Of a DNA stretch of 64,000 nucleotides, positions 1-21,227 are shown piece by piece. How positions within the stretch are numbered: the first letter of the stretch is position 1; each line of letters begins with the position of its first letter. The position numbers and the translations under genes are program-made. The stretch is from Piromyces finnis finn (taxonomy: Eukaryota > Fungi > Neocallimastigomycota): NCBI GenBank assembly GCA_002104945.1, contig MCFH01000044.1, positions 407,332 through 471,331 on the forward strand, given 5' to 3'. Under the pieces are notes generated by a model. That model ran no database searches, was not told the DNA's origin, and saw nothing but the letters and a program-made list of their open reading frames with translations.

Positions 1-2
1 AT

Positions 3-743
3 CACATAAAAGATATTTATAGTGGTGGTTTTCAACCATTCAGTACCCTTGAAGAAAAATGGGGTTATTTTTCAAGAAATTGTGTTTCTTATATTGATAC
101 AAAATCTACTCAATTATACGAAAATATATTAAAACTAGTTAAAAATAAAGAATACTTTGTAATAACAACAAATGTAGATGGACATTTTGAAAAGTCTGGC
201 TTCGACACCAATAATATTTTTGCCACTCAAGGTGACTTTATTAATCTTCAATGTTCTGTACCATGTCATAATAAATTATATGAATCAATTGATCTTTTAA
301 AAGAAATGGTTAAAAATGCAAAAGGTAGATTTATTCCAACGGAATTAATACCAAAATGTCCAAAATGTGGAAAACCAATGACAACACATTTAAGAATTGA
401 TTCTTCCTTTGTAATGGATGATTATTGGTATCAACAAAATGATGCATATAATAATTTCATTAATAAAAATAAGAATAAAAAATTATTATTACTTGAATTT
501 GGCGTTGGTTTTAATACGCCTTCTATTATTCGTTTCCCATTTGAAAGAGAAACACTGAAAAATGAAAATTGGAATTTAATTAGATTTAATAAAGATTTTT
601 CAGGATTTGTAGCAAATAATATGGATTCTTCTACTTTAAATGATTGGGATTCCATCAAATCATTAAAATTAAAAAACAATTTTCAAAATAGATTTATCCC
701 AATAGCGGATGATATTAATGAAGTAATAAATAAACTATTGTAA
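3..743 (+). CDS. Class M sirtuin (SirTM, macrodomain-linked Sir2 family), 5'-partial, intronless in this window
   Basis: The frame of ORF 306..743 is open back to base 3: DIYSGGFQPFSTLEEKWGYFSR...YFVITTNVDGHFEKSGF...IFATQGDFINLQCSVPCH...PKCPKCGKPMTTHLR...LEFGVGFNTPSIIRFPFE. It has the sirtuin NVD motif, a CxxxC...CxxC zinc site, and TQG where canonical sirtuins have the catalytic His (LHG). Confidence 0.85.
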   Translation, partial: HIKDIYSGGFQPFSTLEEKWGYFSRNCVSYIDTKSTQLYENILKLVKNKEYFVITTNVDGHFEKSGFDTNNIFATQGDFINLQCSVPCHNKLYESIDLLKEMVKNAKGRFIPTELIPKCPKCGKPMTTHLRIDSSFVMDDYWYQQNDAYNNFINKNKNKKLLLLEFGVGFNTPSIIRFPFERETLKNENWNLIRFNKDFSGFVANNMDSSTLNDWDSIKSLKLKNNFQNRFIPIADDINEVINKLL

Positions 744-1232
744 TTTTTTTTTTTTTTTTTTTATTTCATAAAAGCATTACCATAAAAATTAATAAATATT
801 ATAATAAATAAATATAAAGGAATTTATGTTTAATATTTTTATTAATGTATAATATTAGCTATATGTGGAAAAAAATATTTATATATGATATATATATATT
901 AAAAAAATATTAAATATAATATTTTTATATAGAGGAATAATTAAATAAATATATTATTTCTCTTAATGTTAAATATATCTACAATGTTTTATTCATTAAT
1001 ATACACAATTAATGTTGTTTCTATCTTCTGAATTTTACTTTTAATTTTTCCTAAAATTTTTTTCTTCTTTCTTTTTTCTTTTTTTTCCTCGATATTGGTT
1101 ATATTTATTTGTTCAATTTTTATTTGGTAATTATTATTGTCATTATAATAAAAACATTTATTATTGAATGATAATTATAAACTATTATTTCATATATTAA
1201 AATTAGATTACATTTTTTGTTATCCATATAAT

Positions 1233-8953
<7,721 letters not shown>

Positions 8954-11364
8954 TATTAATATTAATTGCAATTAAATTTATAAAAGCTTAATGCACTCGA
9001 AAAATAAAACAAAATGTGTATCAAGAGAAATATTATTAATGATATTATTTTTTTTTGCTTTTGTTTTGTTTTTTTACTTTAATTGAAAATTTAATTGATA
9101 GTATTAAATAAAATTTAAATTAAGAAAAAAATAATAATAATTAAGAAATACAACCAAAAACTATAAATTCATTTTTTTTAATATATAACTTTATAAAAAT
9201 TGTAATAAAGCTATATAAAAATTAAAATGTAATGAATTTTTTTACTTTAGAAACTTCAATGTATTATTCAATTATTGATATTCTCTAGTTTATGAAAATT
9301 TAATTATACTTACTTAAAACTAAAAATAAATATACATAAATATATCTATTTATTGTTGTTATTTTTATTATTTTTATTTTAAAGAAAAAAAAAAGATATT
9401 ATATTATGAAATGTATATTTTAAATCTATTACCGATATATATTATATAATATTGTACTGTATTGTATTGTTATGTTATTATATTTTTTCTTTTAATAATT
9501 TTGAATAAATCTTTTCTTTTTTTCTATTTTTATTACAAATATTATTAAAAAGGAAATATAAATCGATTTTCTATTGAATTTTATAAAATATATATTTAAG
9601 AATTGTAGTTGGGAAAAAAAAAAAAAAAAAAAAAAAAAAGGCTATATATTTTGAATGATTGTATTTACAAGAATAATTTGAAGAATTAATTTATCTAACA
9701 TTAACAATAATTAATTTTCATTATTCCTTATAACTCTACTATCTTTACTTAATTTAAAATATATATTATTTTTTAAATTAAATATCTTAAACTATTCACT
9801 CATGTTTATCTCTTTCTTTTTTTTATTCTCTTATTTTTTTTTCTTTGAATATAGACTAAATTTGTAATATTATTTTTCTTATATTAGGTATTTTAATTAT
9901 AGTGATAATTAGAGGGTAAAAAATATATATGCATGACAATAAAATATAATCATTAGAGTAAGATGTTAATCTCTGTTTAAAATGGTATTTTTTATTTATT
10001 TTGTAATATAATTTTACTATAAATATATTTTTTTATTTATAATTAACAATTTTAATTAATAACAAATTTATCAATAATTATTTTATTATTATTTTAAGTT
10101 TTTTTGTTTAAAAAAATGAAAAAATATTTAAAAAAAATATTGATAAGAAATTAATAAAAATTAATCGCTTAACATCATTTTAATTTTCAAGCCATTTTAA
10201 TTGAAATTTGCACAACTTATAAGTTAAAATGTATATTATAACAAAAAAAGTTTTTAAGCATTATAATATTGTTATATATTAATAATTATAATAAGTAAAA
10301 TAAGTATACATATTTTGGTATTATTATTTTATTATTTATTATTTTATTATTTTATTATTTTATTTTTATTATTTTATTATTTTATTATTTTATTATTATG
10401 TTTATTATTATGTTTATTATTATTATTATTTTATTGTTTTATTGTTTTATTATTTTATAGTACTTAGAATTTTATTTATTATTAACAAAGCATTTATATA
10501 TTAATAATGCTTTATTGCTTTATTTACTGGTTATAATCTATGAATCCTTATATATTATAATGTTTACTACTTTAATTTTAAATTTTCTTTGTTATTAAGT
10601 AATTTTAATTTAATTTAATTTAATTTAATTAAAATAAGGAATATTTTTAATAACTTTATTATATATTAAATTTAATATTTAATATGTTTTTGTTACACAA
10701 TTTAGATTTACATTTTGTTAATATATTATAAATTAATTTAACTAGTTATTTTAGTATATGTATAATTATATTTCATCATTATTTGTGGATTGTATACTTC
10801 AGTATATTATTTCGATTTACCAATATATTTAATTATTTAAAAACTTTAATGTTAATATTTTGTATTTTAATATATTATATTTTAACACTTTTACATAAAT
10901 GGTAATATAACTATTATTTTTATCATATAACACTAAATATTTTAATTTGTGCTACCGATAATAATATTGTTTAAAGTTTAATAATAAATATTCCATAAAT
11001 GATATTATATAATAATAATAATATGACTAATAAATTATGGCAATAAAATATAATAGTCAATTCATAAAACTTATCCCATTTATATTCTTTATACTATTAA
11101 TGAACATTTTATTTCATTGTTTTTTTTATTATAAATGTTAATATTGCACTATAGAACAAATTAACATAAAACTTATCTAAATTAGCGATGCTTTCTTAAA
11201 TGTAATTACAATTAATTATAGTACTATTTACTAATTAGTTTATATAAGTAAATATAGTTAAGTTATTTAAAATTACCTCATTATTATTATTTTGAGTATG
11301 AATTAATTTAATATATTTACAAAAAATTAATATAAACAAGTTAGTATTATTTTTCAAAATATAA

Positions 11365-11530
<166 letters not shown>

Positions 11531-12335
11531 TACTATTTTTCTTTTTTAATCTTTATTTCTTCTGTATAAATTATTATAAATGCTTAAATTCATATGATAT
11601 TTATAAGTAATAAATTTAAAAAAATTTCAAATGATAATGAAATATATTAAATAACGTATATATTAGTGGTAATACTTTTAACCATTTTATAATCCATTAT
11701 TTAATATTTGAAATAAAATAAAAAATAAAAAAAGATTATATTGATAGTTATTAATTAAAAAGAATTAGATTATTAAACTTTTATATTAATTTTCCATACG
11801 GTTACACAATTTAATTAATGAGTTAAAAGGAATTTGCAATCTAAATTATTATATTAAATATGAACTTTATTATTTTGGGGATATTTAATTTTTATTAATT
11901 ATTAAAATTTTCATTATTGAGTAAAAATTGAAAAGATTAGATTATATGTTTAATTCATCAAACAACGAATATAAATATATTTTAAAAATATATATTATTA
12001 AATAAAAAAAAAAAAAATATAAATCTAAAAATAAACACAAAACAAAGAAATACAATATTAATTTTTTATTTATAACACAGACAAAATATAATAAAATAAT
12101 ATAATTGAAAGTTATATTTTATATTAATTTCGTTAAATTATTTAATTTTTAAAATCTCGTTGATATGAAATAATATTTAAATACTGAATATTTTTTTCTT
12201 CTTTTTTTTTATACATTATTTTTATTTTATTAAAAGTTGTTAATTTATTAAATATTATTAATTTTTAACAAAAAAAAATTTTTTTAAAAAAAATAGTTAT
12301 TGCTCTGCTCTTACTAATAAATTTTTATTTGAAAC

Positions 12336-14846
12336 ATGATGAAAAACACTTTAATATTAAAAATAATAATTATAATTATTTCTTTTTTATTGCCATGTAA
12401 TGCTATATTTACTGTTTTAGAAACAAAATTTAAATTGTATTATAGTGAATATGATCAAAAAGTTGGCTTAAGTAATTCTTATCGTTCCTATGCATTATTT
12501 AACGTAGATATTGGAATTCAACAAAACTTTAAAAAAGCTGAAGTTATGAATTATATTACAGGATTTCTTGATAAAAATACAAAATCTAACCCACAAATTC
12601 CAATTCAAGAAAGATGTGCAGTATATTACTCAATTAATATTGAAAAGGAAAATACCACCGAATCAATAGTTAATAAAATTTATCAAAGTAAAAATAACAT
12701 CTCAATTGGAAAGGTTGTTAAGCCATTTTTATTTCTTAATTATACAGATATATTAGAACATCATTGCGATATTGACGATGTAATCTTTGTTAATAATTGG
12801 AATAAATCTAACAGTGATGATAAAATGGAAGAATCCTCTAATGATATTTTTATCTATGAAAACAATGAGTCCTCCATAATCTATAATAAAAATCATACAA
12901 AGAATATTGTTAACAATATGATTAATATTAATGGTAATAATAATAAACGAGATAATACCATCCACGAAAATGAATATCTAAAAACTATTATTATTGAACC
13001 TTCCATGATAATTATTAGTCTTCCAGAAAAGGATTTTGAAAAAATGAAAACAGAAACGGATCCAAATATTATTGGTTTAAAATATACAAAGAAAATTATG
13101 TATTCAAAAATTCCAATTACATTTGTTAAAGATGATGAATTACTCTTTTTAACATCAAATATTACTACTAATCAATTATGGATGCAAATGATACCAGCTC
13201 CAACTGAAGCTACAATTTTTCAATATCAAAATTCTACAAAAGTTGGTTATGTTATAGAATTTTTAATAAATATTTCTCTTTTCTTTTACACCTTATTCAT
13301 TAATTGTAATAGTTTTAAAAAACATTCAAAAGACAAGAAAAAAATATTAAATAAATCAAAGAATAGCAATAAAGAATATAAAAAACTTAATTATCATATT
13401 CTTGGTCTTTGCCTTTTATCTACATTTTGTAAGAACTTCAAATTATTTTTAATTGCCATTTTATTAAATTTTTATATGCTATATAAACTAATAATATATT
13501 TAATATTATTCATATAATCTAATATTTAAAAGGTTTTTTATTGGCTTCTCTACTTAAAGTTAGAATTGTATATAAATATATTCCATTTATTACATCAGTA
13601 ATTGAATATAGTGGACATGTTATTTTAACAAATATGGGTTATCTTTCATGCTATATATGTGGCTCCTTGTTACTTTATAAATTCATTGACGCTTATACAA
13701 AAAATTATATTTTTATTAAAACTCTCACTATTGTATGTGTATAGTTAAATTAATATTTTATATAAATAAATAAATAAATAAATATGATATACTGATTAAT
13801 AAATTAAAACAATATTATATATATAACATATAATCTAGTGCTCAAGTTTTATTATTTTACCTTGTTCAATGATTATTAAAGTAATATTCGATTTACTAAA
13901 TTTTTGGTGGTGCTCAATTATTAAATCACTTGCCTTTTATACTGTAATTTTTATTCTTTTTCTTCAATGTATTGGTATTTCCATTTTTGGTAAAAAAATT
14001 TATAATGTATTATCAAAATCACAAGAAACTATTTTGAATAGTCCATACCAGCCTAAAGCTAGTGATGATAATATAAGTAATGGATCATATAAACCAAAAT
14101 ATCGTGTTTCCATTCTTACGATATCAGGGTAAATATTAAAAACTACTTAGTTTTCATACAATATTAATAAATAATATTATCCTTTTTTATTAATTTTATA
14201 CTAACTTTAATTAATATCTTATTTTTTTTACTTTCATAGCTGTATACTTTTTATTGCCCAATTAATTAGTTTAATTATTTTTAATATATTAACAGAATCT
14301 GGAACAAGTTTTTGGATTATTCTTTTGGCTCGTATTATTTTAACTGATGGTTGTGTCTATTTAATTATATTACTATTTAAAAATGAAAATACAGGTAAAC
14401 AAAGATCCCCTGTTTGTAATTCTCCATATACTCCATATTCTCAATCATCAAACGCATCTTTTATATTTAATTGTAATAAAACTGTTTTTAATGAAACACC
14501 AATAATACCTCCTTCTTCTTTTGTCCTTAATGATAGTGATTGTCTCAAATTAGATAATAATCAAAATCGAAAAAGTGGTTATAAAAATATTAAAGATGAC
14601 CATTATAAAAAAATATCTAATAAGAATATACATAAAAGTCAGATTAATCATTATTCAAATTCGTCATGTAATATAAAGAATAATGATACAGCCATAAACA
14701 TTATATATGATATTGATAATGGCAATAAAAAAGACAGAAATACTACAAAAAGCAATATTAATGAAAGTTTTGATGCAATTTTTAAAGAAATTGAAGATTC
14801 AATTATTACTTTAAGTGAGCATTCTGAATATATGAATGTTAATTAA
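12336..14846 (+). CDS. 7TM receptor-like protein A: signal peptide, ~270-aa ectodomain, 7 TM helices, cytoplasmic tail; 4 exons
   Basis: Hydrophobic N-terminus ending ...LLPCNA. Introns 13429..13532 (phase 1), 13733..13838 (phase 0) and 14129..14239 (phase 2) join ORFs 12336, 13541, 13869 and 14325 in frame. Seven hydrophobic segments counted by eye. Confidence 0.7.
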
Positions 14847-16333
14847 TCAGAAAAAGAATATTTTATGAAAATTAAGAAAAGGATTAATTATACGTTTTAT
14901 AATAATAATACTTTCAATAATAAATAGTTATGACTAATAATTTTTATAAAATACTTAAAGTTATTAAATACTGTAAATAGTTATAATTTTTTTTTTTTTT
15001 TTTTGATAATTTTTTGTAAATTTTTTTATATTTAATGATAATATATATATTATGTAAATTAATTTAACTGAAAAATAAAATAAAATATAATAAAATATAA
15101 TATATTATTATTTTATAAAAATATAGGAAAATAATAATAATAATAGTTATTTAATTAATTTTTAAAAAATATAAAATATTATAATGGTATAATTATTACT
15201 ATTACTAGATCAATGATATATGGCAAATATTTATTATAATGAAAAGTCATAGATATAATATTATATTATTTATATATAGAATTTTTATAATAGTTACATT
15301 TTTTTATATTTTCATTATGTAAATTTATAAATATGTACAATACAAAATAAAATAAAATATGACTGAATAAAATAATATAAATAAAAGAAATCTAAATACA
15401 ATTATTGTAAACTAAAACTCATCATTCTAATACTACCCTTTATGAAGTAATAATTATAATTCCATTTTCGACTAATTTAATAAATATAATATAAATAAAA
15501 TTTCATATATATATGAGCATGTAAATGAGAATTAGAAGATCTTAATATTATTAAATTTGTAGAATTTCAAAGTAACAACAAAAGCATTGTAATATTATAT
15601 TATATAAAAATATAATTAATTAAATATTAAAACTATGTAATAAATATATGAATATATGCATCTACTAAATATTAATTCTTTATATTAACAAAATGAAGAG
15701 TAAATCTAAATTTTAATAGTAATATAATTATACTATATAATATATATAATTATTTAATTATTCTTTTTACTAAGTGGTTAAAAATAGTAATTAAAATAAA
15801 CGTCAATTATTTAAATATCACATATTAATAATAAAAAAAAATAATGGATTGTGTAACATAAAAATAACGAAAAATAAATTAAAACTTTGTTCTTGATATA
15901 AGTACAAAGAGAAAAATAAAAATAATGAATTATTTTATAATGCATATTTTTTTGTAAAATTCTAATTAATATTATTAATAATTACCTTAATATGCATCAA
16001 ATAAATATGAATAAAGATAGATATATTTATGTAAGATATTTAATTTATTTCATATTTGATATTAATAAATTATTAAAATTTTAAAAAAAAGATAAAATGC
16101 GGTAAAAAGTCTTTTGAAAAAAAAAAAAAAAGAATTTCAACTTAATATAATATTAAAAATAATTTAATTTATAATAATTGTATTTTTCTTTATTTTGTTT
16201 ATATTACCTTATTAGCATTATATTTTACAACTTATTGTAAATATCTATAATTTAAAATAACTAAAAATATATATATATATAATTCTAAATAATTTACCTA
16301 ATTAAATAAATTTAATCAGAAAAACGTATAAAA

Positions 16334-19300
16334 ATGAATTCTTTTAATTTTATTTCTTCTATATGTTTATTTATCCATTGGTCTTTTGCATCCTTTTTCA
16401 TTTTTGAAGCAAAATCAGAAATAGATTTTAATGAGGATAAGCAAAGTCTTCATATTAATAGTCAATATCAATATTACACTGTTGGAAATGTCGATATTCC
16501 TGGTGTCTTATATAACTATGACAGTATCGTTAATTACAACTATTTAGATGGTTATATAGATAAATTTCAAGTTAATAGTACAGAGCGATGCCATTTAACC
16601 TATAATATTAATTACTTATACAATCATGAAATTAGTAAAGATACATTAAATGAAATATCTTTCAATGGTACTTCGGATAAAAATGTAAAAAATGTAGTAA
16701 ATAAAAATTATATAATGAAAAAAAAACATTCATTTAATCCAGAAAATTTTCTTTCCTATTCTTTTAAATCTCAAACTATGAACAATATTAATAATAATAC
16801 TATTATCAGTGATGCTGAAACTACTTCCAAAAAAAATATAACTAATTTAATGGGGGTTGAAGAATTAATAATTGATAAAAAAGAACTCACAGTTACCATT
16901 AATCATGCCATTAAAACATTAAATATAAATAAATACAATATGCAAAATAAATATATAAGTAATCCTATTGTTTTTATTAATTATAATGACATAGTAGAAG
17001 TTGGTTGTTCTCTCTACGAGATTATTACGTTAAATCATTGGAACGACATAATAAATGCAAATGAAACCTTAAATATGGAAAATAAACAAGAAAAAGAAAA
17101 TAATTGTGAAAACTCATCATCTTACTTAATAAGACCTTCACTTATTGCTCTTATTGTTAATGAAAAAGATTTATATAACATTAAAATGGAATCTAACGCT
17201 AATAAAATTGGAATTAAATATGCAAAATTATTTTTAGCTTCTACAATACCAATAACTTTTATTTCTAGAAAAGAGTATGCAAATCTTATTGACAATAGTG
17301 AATCAAAGGAATTATGGATTCAAGTAACACCAGGTAATAATTTAATAAAACCATGAAAATAAAATTGTTATAATACTTAATTATTTAACTTATATCTATA
17401 TATTAAAATTAGCACCAACATCTACTACCATATTTCAATATCAAAATTCTACTAAAATTGGGCACATTATTGGAACTATTGGAAGTATTTTTACATTTAC
17501 ATTTGCATTATATACTATGTTCTCAAAACTAATTAAAAACAGCTTTTCAATAAGAAAAAAATTCAAATTTCATTTAAATAGCAAAATAATTTTTATATAT
17601 TTCTTTGCATCACTATGTAAATATATATATATATATATATATATTATTTTTAAAATTAAATTTAAAAAAAGAAAAAATATATATCTAATTTATATATACT
17701 AAATATGCAATATTTTTAATATTTAAAAAAATGTTCCAAAATAAAACAGTATTTGTTTTTTCATGGATTATAAAAACTACTTTTATATATCAAGAAGTTG
17801 CTTTTATTACTTCTCCAATTATTTTATATATAAAGGAAATCATTACCAATTATGCTTATCTTTTATGTAATATTGGTGGCTCTCTCTATATATCTTGTCT
17901 TCTTGAAAAATTTAAAGGAATTAATAATGCTTATTATGATATTTTTCTCAAGGTAAATTACTTTAAATACATATTTAATAACTAATAGTAATGTTAATAA
18001 TTAAACCTATTTATTTTAAACTCATTTATAGGTTACGAATTTTATTATTGAACCAATTATTATCATTGTTAATATCTTTATTAATAATATGGATAATGTT
18101 ATTATATATTATATTTATTACATTTCTAATATTTTAATAATTATAATCATATCTGTTCAGGCATTCTTATATTTAAGCTCTGGAAAATATATATATCATT
18201 TATTAATAACATTTTACGAAGAACAAGAAGATAAAAATTACATCCCAATTACTAGTATTGATAACTTTATTGAACATCACAAGCTTAATAAAAATACTTT
18301 TTATGCGGCACCATCATTGTAAGTCTATTAATATATATAGATAATCAAAATTAATACTAGAATAATGAAATAATAACTAATTTTTAATACTATAATATAA
18401 TAGATGTTATCTATACTTTTTTCAACTTTTAAGTTTCATTGTATATAAAAGTTTTTATGAATCTGGTATAGGATTTTGGATCATTCTTATTACACAACTC
18501 TTATTTATAAATACATGTATTTTTATAACACTTTTTATCTTTAGCCAAAAATATTCTAATTATAAATTAAATAGAGAAATGGAAAAAAATTTAAAAATAT
18601 TAGACAATAATAAATGGTATCTTGCTGTGTCAAAAAGAAATATAGATTTTAATTCAATTCCTGATACTGATATTAACATTAAATCAAAATTTAATCATTT
18701 TATTCCTGAAACTTCATATAGTCAACAATATTTAGCAAAAAATAACAGTAACTATCAGATTAAAGATAATTTATATGTATTAAAAAATAATAGTAATTCA
18801 AATATCAAAACGTTATATAATATTAAAAAAAATAGTAATCAGGAAAATAAAAATAATACTAACTATTTATTAAATTCTTATTCTGGCCCTCCAAACCAAG
18901 CAACATTAACTAATTCAAAAAAGAGTTTAAGTTCATCATCTGCTATCATCAAAGATATAAATAGCACATCACACCTTAACTCTTTATCTAGTTGTATTCA
19001 TAATTCAAAGGATTTATTAATACCTTCAATTACTAATATACCCTACACTATTACAGCTTCTGAAGATAAAACTCCTACTTCTGCTTCCCCTTCATTTACA
19101 TCATATTCAAGTAACAAAGCTTATCATTTTCCATCAGTATTTGAACAACAACCTTCTATTGATTTTACTTCTCGCTACAAAAGTCTCATCACTACAATTA
19201 AACCTAGAAATAGTTGTAGAGATATCTATAGTAAAGGATTACATGAAAAAAAGGCTATAAATAATTATAATAATTCAGTAACGAAAGATCAAAGTGTTTT

Positions 19301-20798
19301 ATATAAAAAAAATACTTCTTATCCATCTTGTTGTACAGATATACCAAATGAAATAATTAATACATTTTCTAAACAAAAAATAAAACCTAGTGTTGAAAAT
19401 AGTATTAGCATACCTTTTAAAGATATGAATCAATCCATTAATATGTGCACTATTGATACACCTACTATAATTCAGTCAAATACTGAAAATATTAAAGATA
19501 AAAATAACTCATCTAATGTAAAGATAAATATTCTTTCTCACTGTACTGCCAATCCTAAATCGACTAATAATAATTTACCTGTATCAATAGAAGTTGAACC
19601 AGAAAGAAAAATTAAAAAAATTCACAGTATAAAAAAAAAACTTTTAAAAAGTATATCCACATTAACTATATCATCTTTTGATAAAGAAAAAAATAAAAAT
19701 AGCTCTACGAATCAAATTGAAAAACATAATAAAAATATAAAAAAAACATTAAACTTTGGAAGTTCATCATTAAATCAAGAAATAAATAGTAAAAATAAAT
19801 GTAATTTTATTAGTATTCCAATAAATAATCAATACAGACCACTTTTTAATAATATATATTCAACAAAAAAAGATATCCCTTCATTAAAAAACAATAATGA
19901 TAATAATGATGATAATAGTAGCAGTTGCTCTTCTTCTGGTTCTAGTTCAATACATACAATAAATTTTGATATTCAAGCAATGAGTACTTTACTTTATAAT
20001 AATGAAAAAATCCCACAATCCTCAATATCGTCAACTTTACTTGGTTCTACACAAAATATTCAACCAGAAAATAAAGAAAAAGAAAAAATATATTGTCATA
20101 AATTAAATAATAGAAATATTATTGAAAGCTCTAATAATAATAGCGTTGAGAATAAAAAAGAAAAACAAAAATGTAGTATCGAACATTATCAAGAAAAAAA
20201 TCATAAAAAATTTATTGTTCTTAAGGATGATACAGATGATAGTATAATATACACGAAAGGCTTTCACAATAAAAGAAACTTTATTGTTCTTAAAGAACAA
20301 GATGAGGATATAAAAAATGAACACCATAAAAATAATAACGAAATATTAAAAATAAACAATGACGATAATTATAATAATAATAATAATAACAATTTACCCT
20401 TAAAAGTAAAATATGAATCAAAAAAGTATGTAGAAAGGGTAAATGAGGAACAAGAAAAAGATAGTGAAAATATATATGAAAAGGGAATTAATAACAAGCT
20501 TAAAAAAAAAAGAACTTTTAACAATCTTAAATCATTTAATTATTTCAATAATAATGATGAAAATATTTTCTCCTATTCATCAACTTCTTCTTTTTCATCA
20601 ATAAAAGAGAAAAATAGTATCAATATTTATTCTAAAACTTCCTCAAATCAACTTAAAGTTACTATTCCTAAAGCAATAATAATTAATAAAGGTAGTAATA
20701 CTAGTAATACATTCACTAAGGAACCATCTCCTCTCTCCAATATAACTACATTAAACATCCTTCATCCAAAATCAATACCTAAGAAAATTCCTAATTAA
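16334..20798 (+). CDS. 7TM receptor-like protein B, tandem paralogue of A, with a ~740-aa Ser/Asn/Lys-rich tail; 5 exons
   Basis: Introns 17334..17412, 17617..17749, 17953..18031 and 18319..18403 join ORFs 16334, 17731, 18089 and 18579 in frame. Motifs shared with A: ERC, FxNYxDIxExxC, PSxI, GxKY, SxIPITF, LWxQxxPAPTxxTIFQYQNSTKxG, ESGxxFWIIL. Confidence 0.7.
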
Positions 20799-20970
20799 AG
20801 TTCTAATTTTAATGTCTACAATCCACCAATATTAAATATTCATAATAATTCTGATTGTAGCCCTAAAAATACAGTTTACTATTTTAATTATTTAAAAAAA
20901 TCGTATACTAAAGTAATAATAAATATATTAAAATTAATTAAACAAGTCTAGAAACCAATATTAATACCAA

Positions 20971-21099
20971 GATGAATTAGTAATATCCCTGTTTTTTTAC
21001 CTTGAAATTTTCTGGTTAAGAGTCTGGCAGAGGTCGAATTTTTCTGACTAAAATTTCTGGCTAAAATCGCCAAAAATCTAGGATAATTACTAATTCATC
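20971..21099. mobile_element. Putative MITE (129 bp)
   Basis: Terminal inverted repeats GATGAATTAGTAAT-ATCC (20971..20988) and GGATAATTACTAATTCATC (21081..21099) differ by one indel. CAA flanks both sides (20968..20970 and 21100..21102). The interior has repeated AATTT(T)CTG motifs and is more GC-rich than the flanks. Confidence 0.55.
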
Positions 21100-21181
21100 C
21101 AAGATTTTCCAGTCTATTATTCCCTCTGAAAAAACATATTATTATGATATTGTTATGGGTTAATAATAATTCATATTTTTT

Positions 21182-21227
<46 letters not shown>

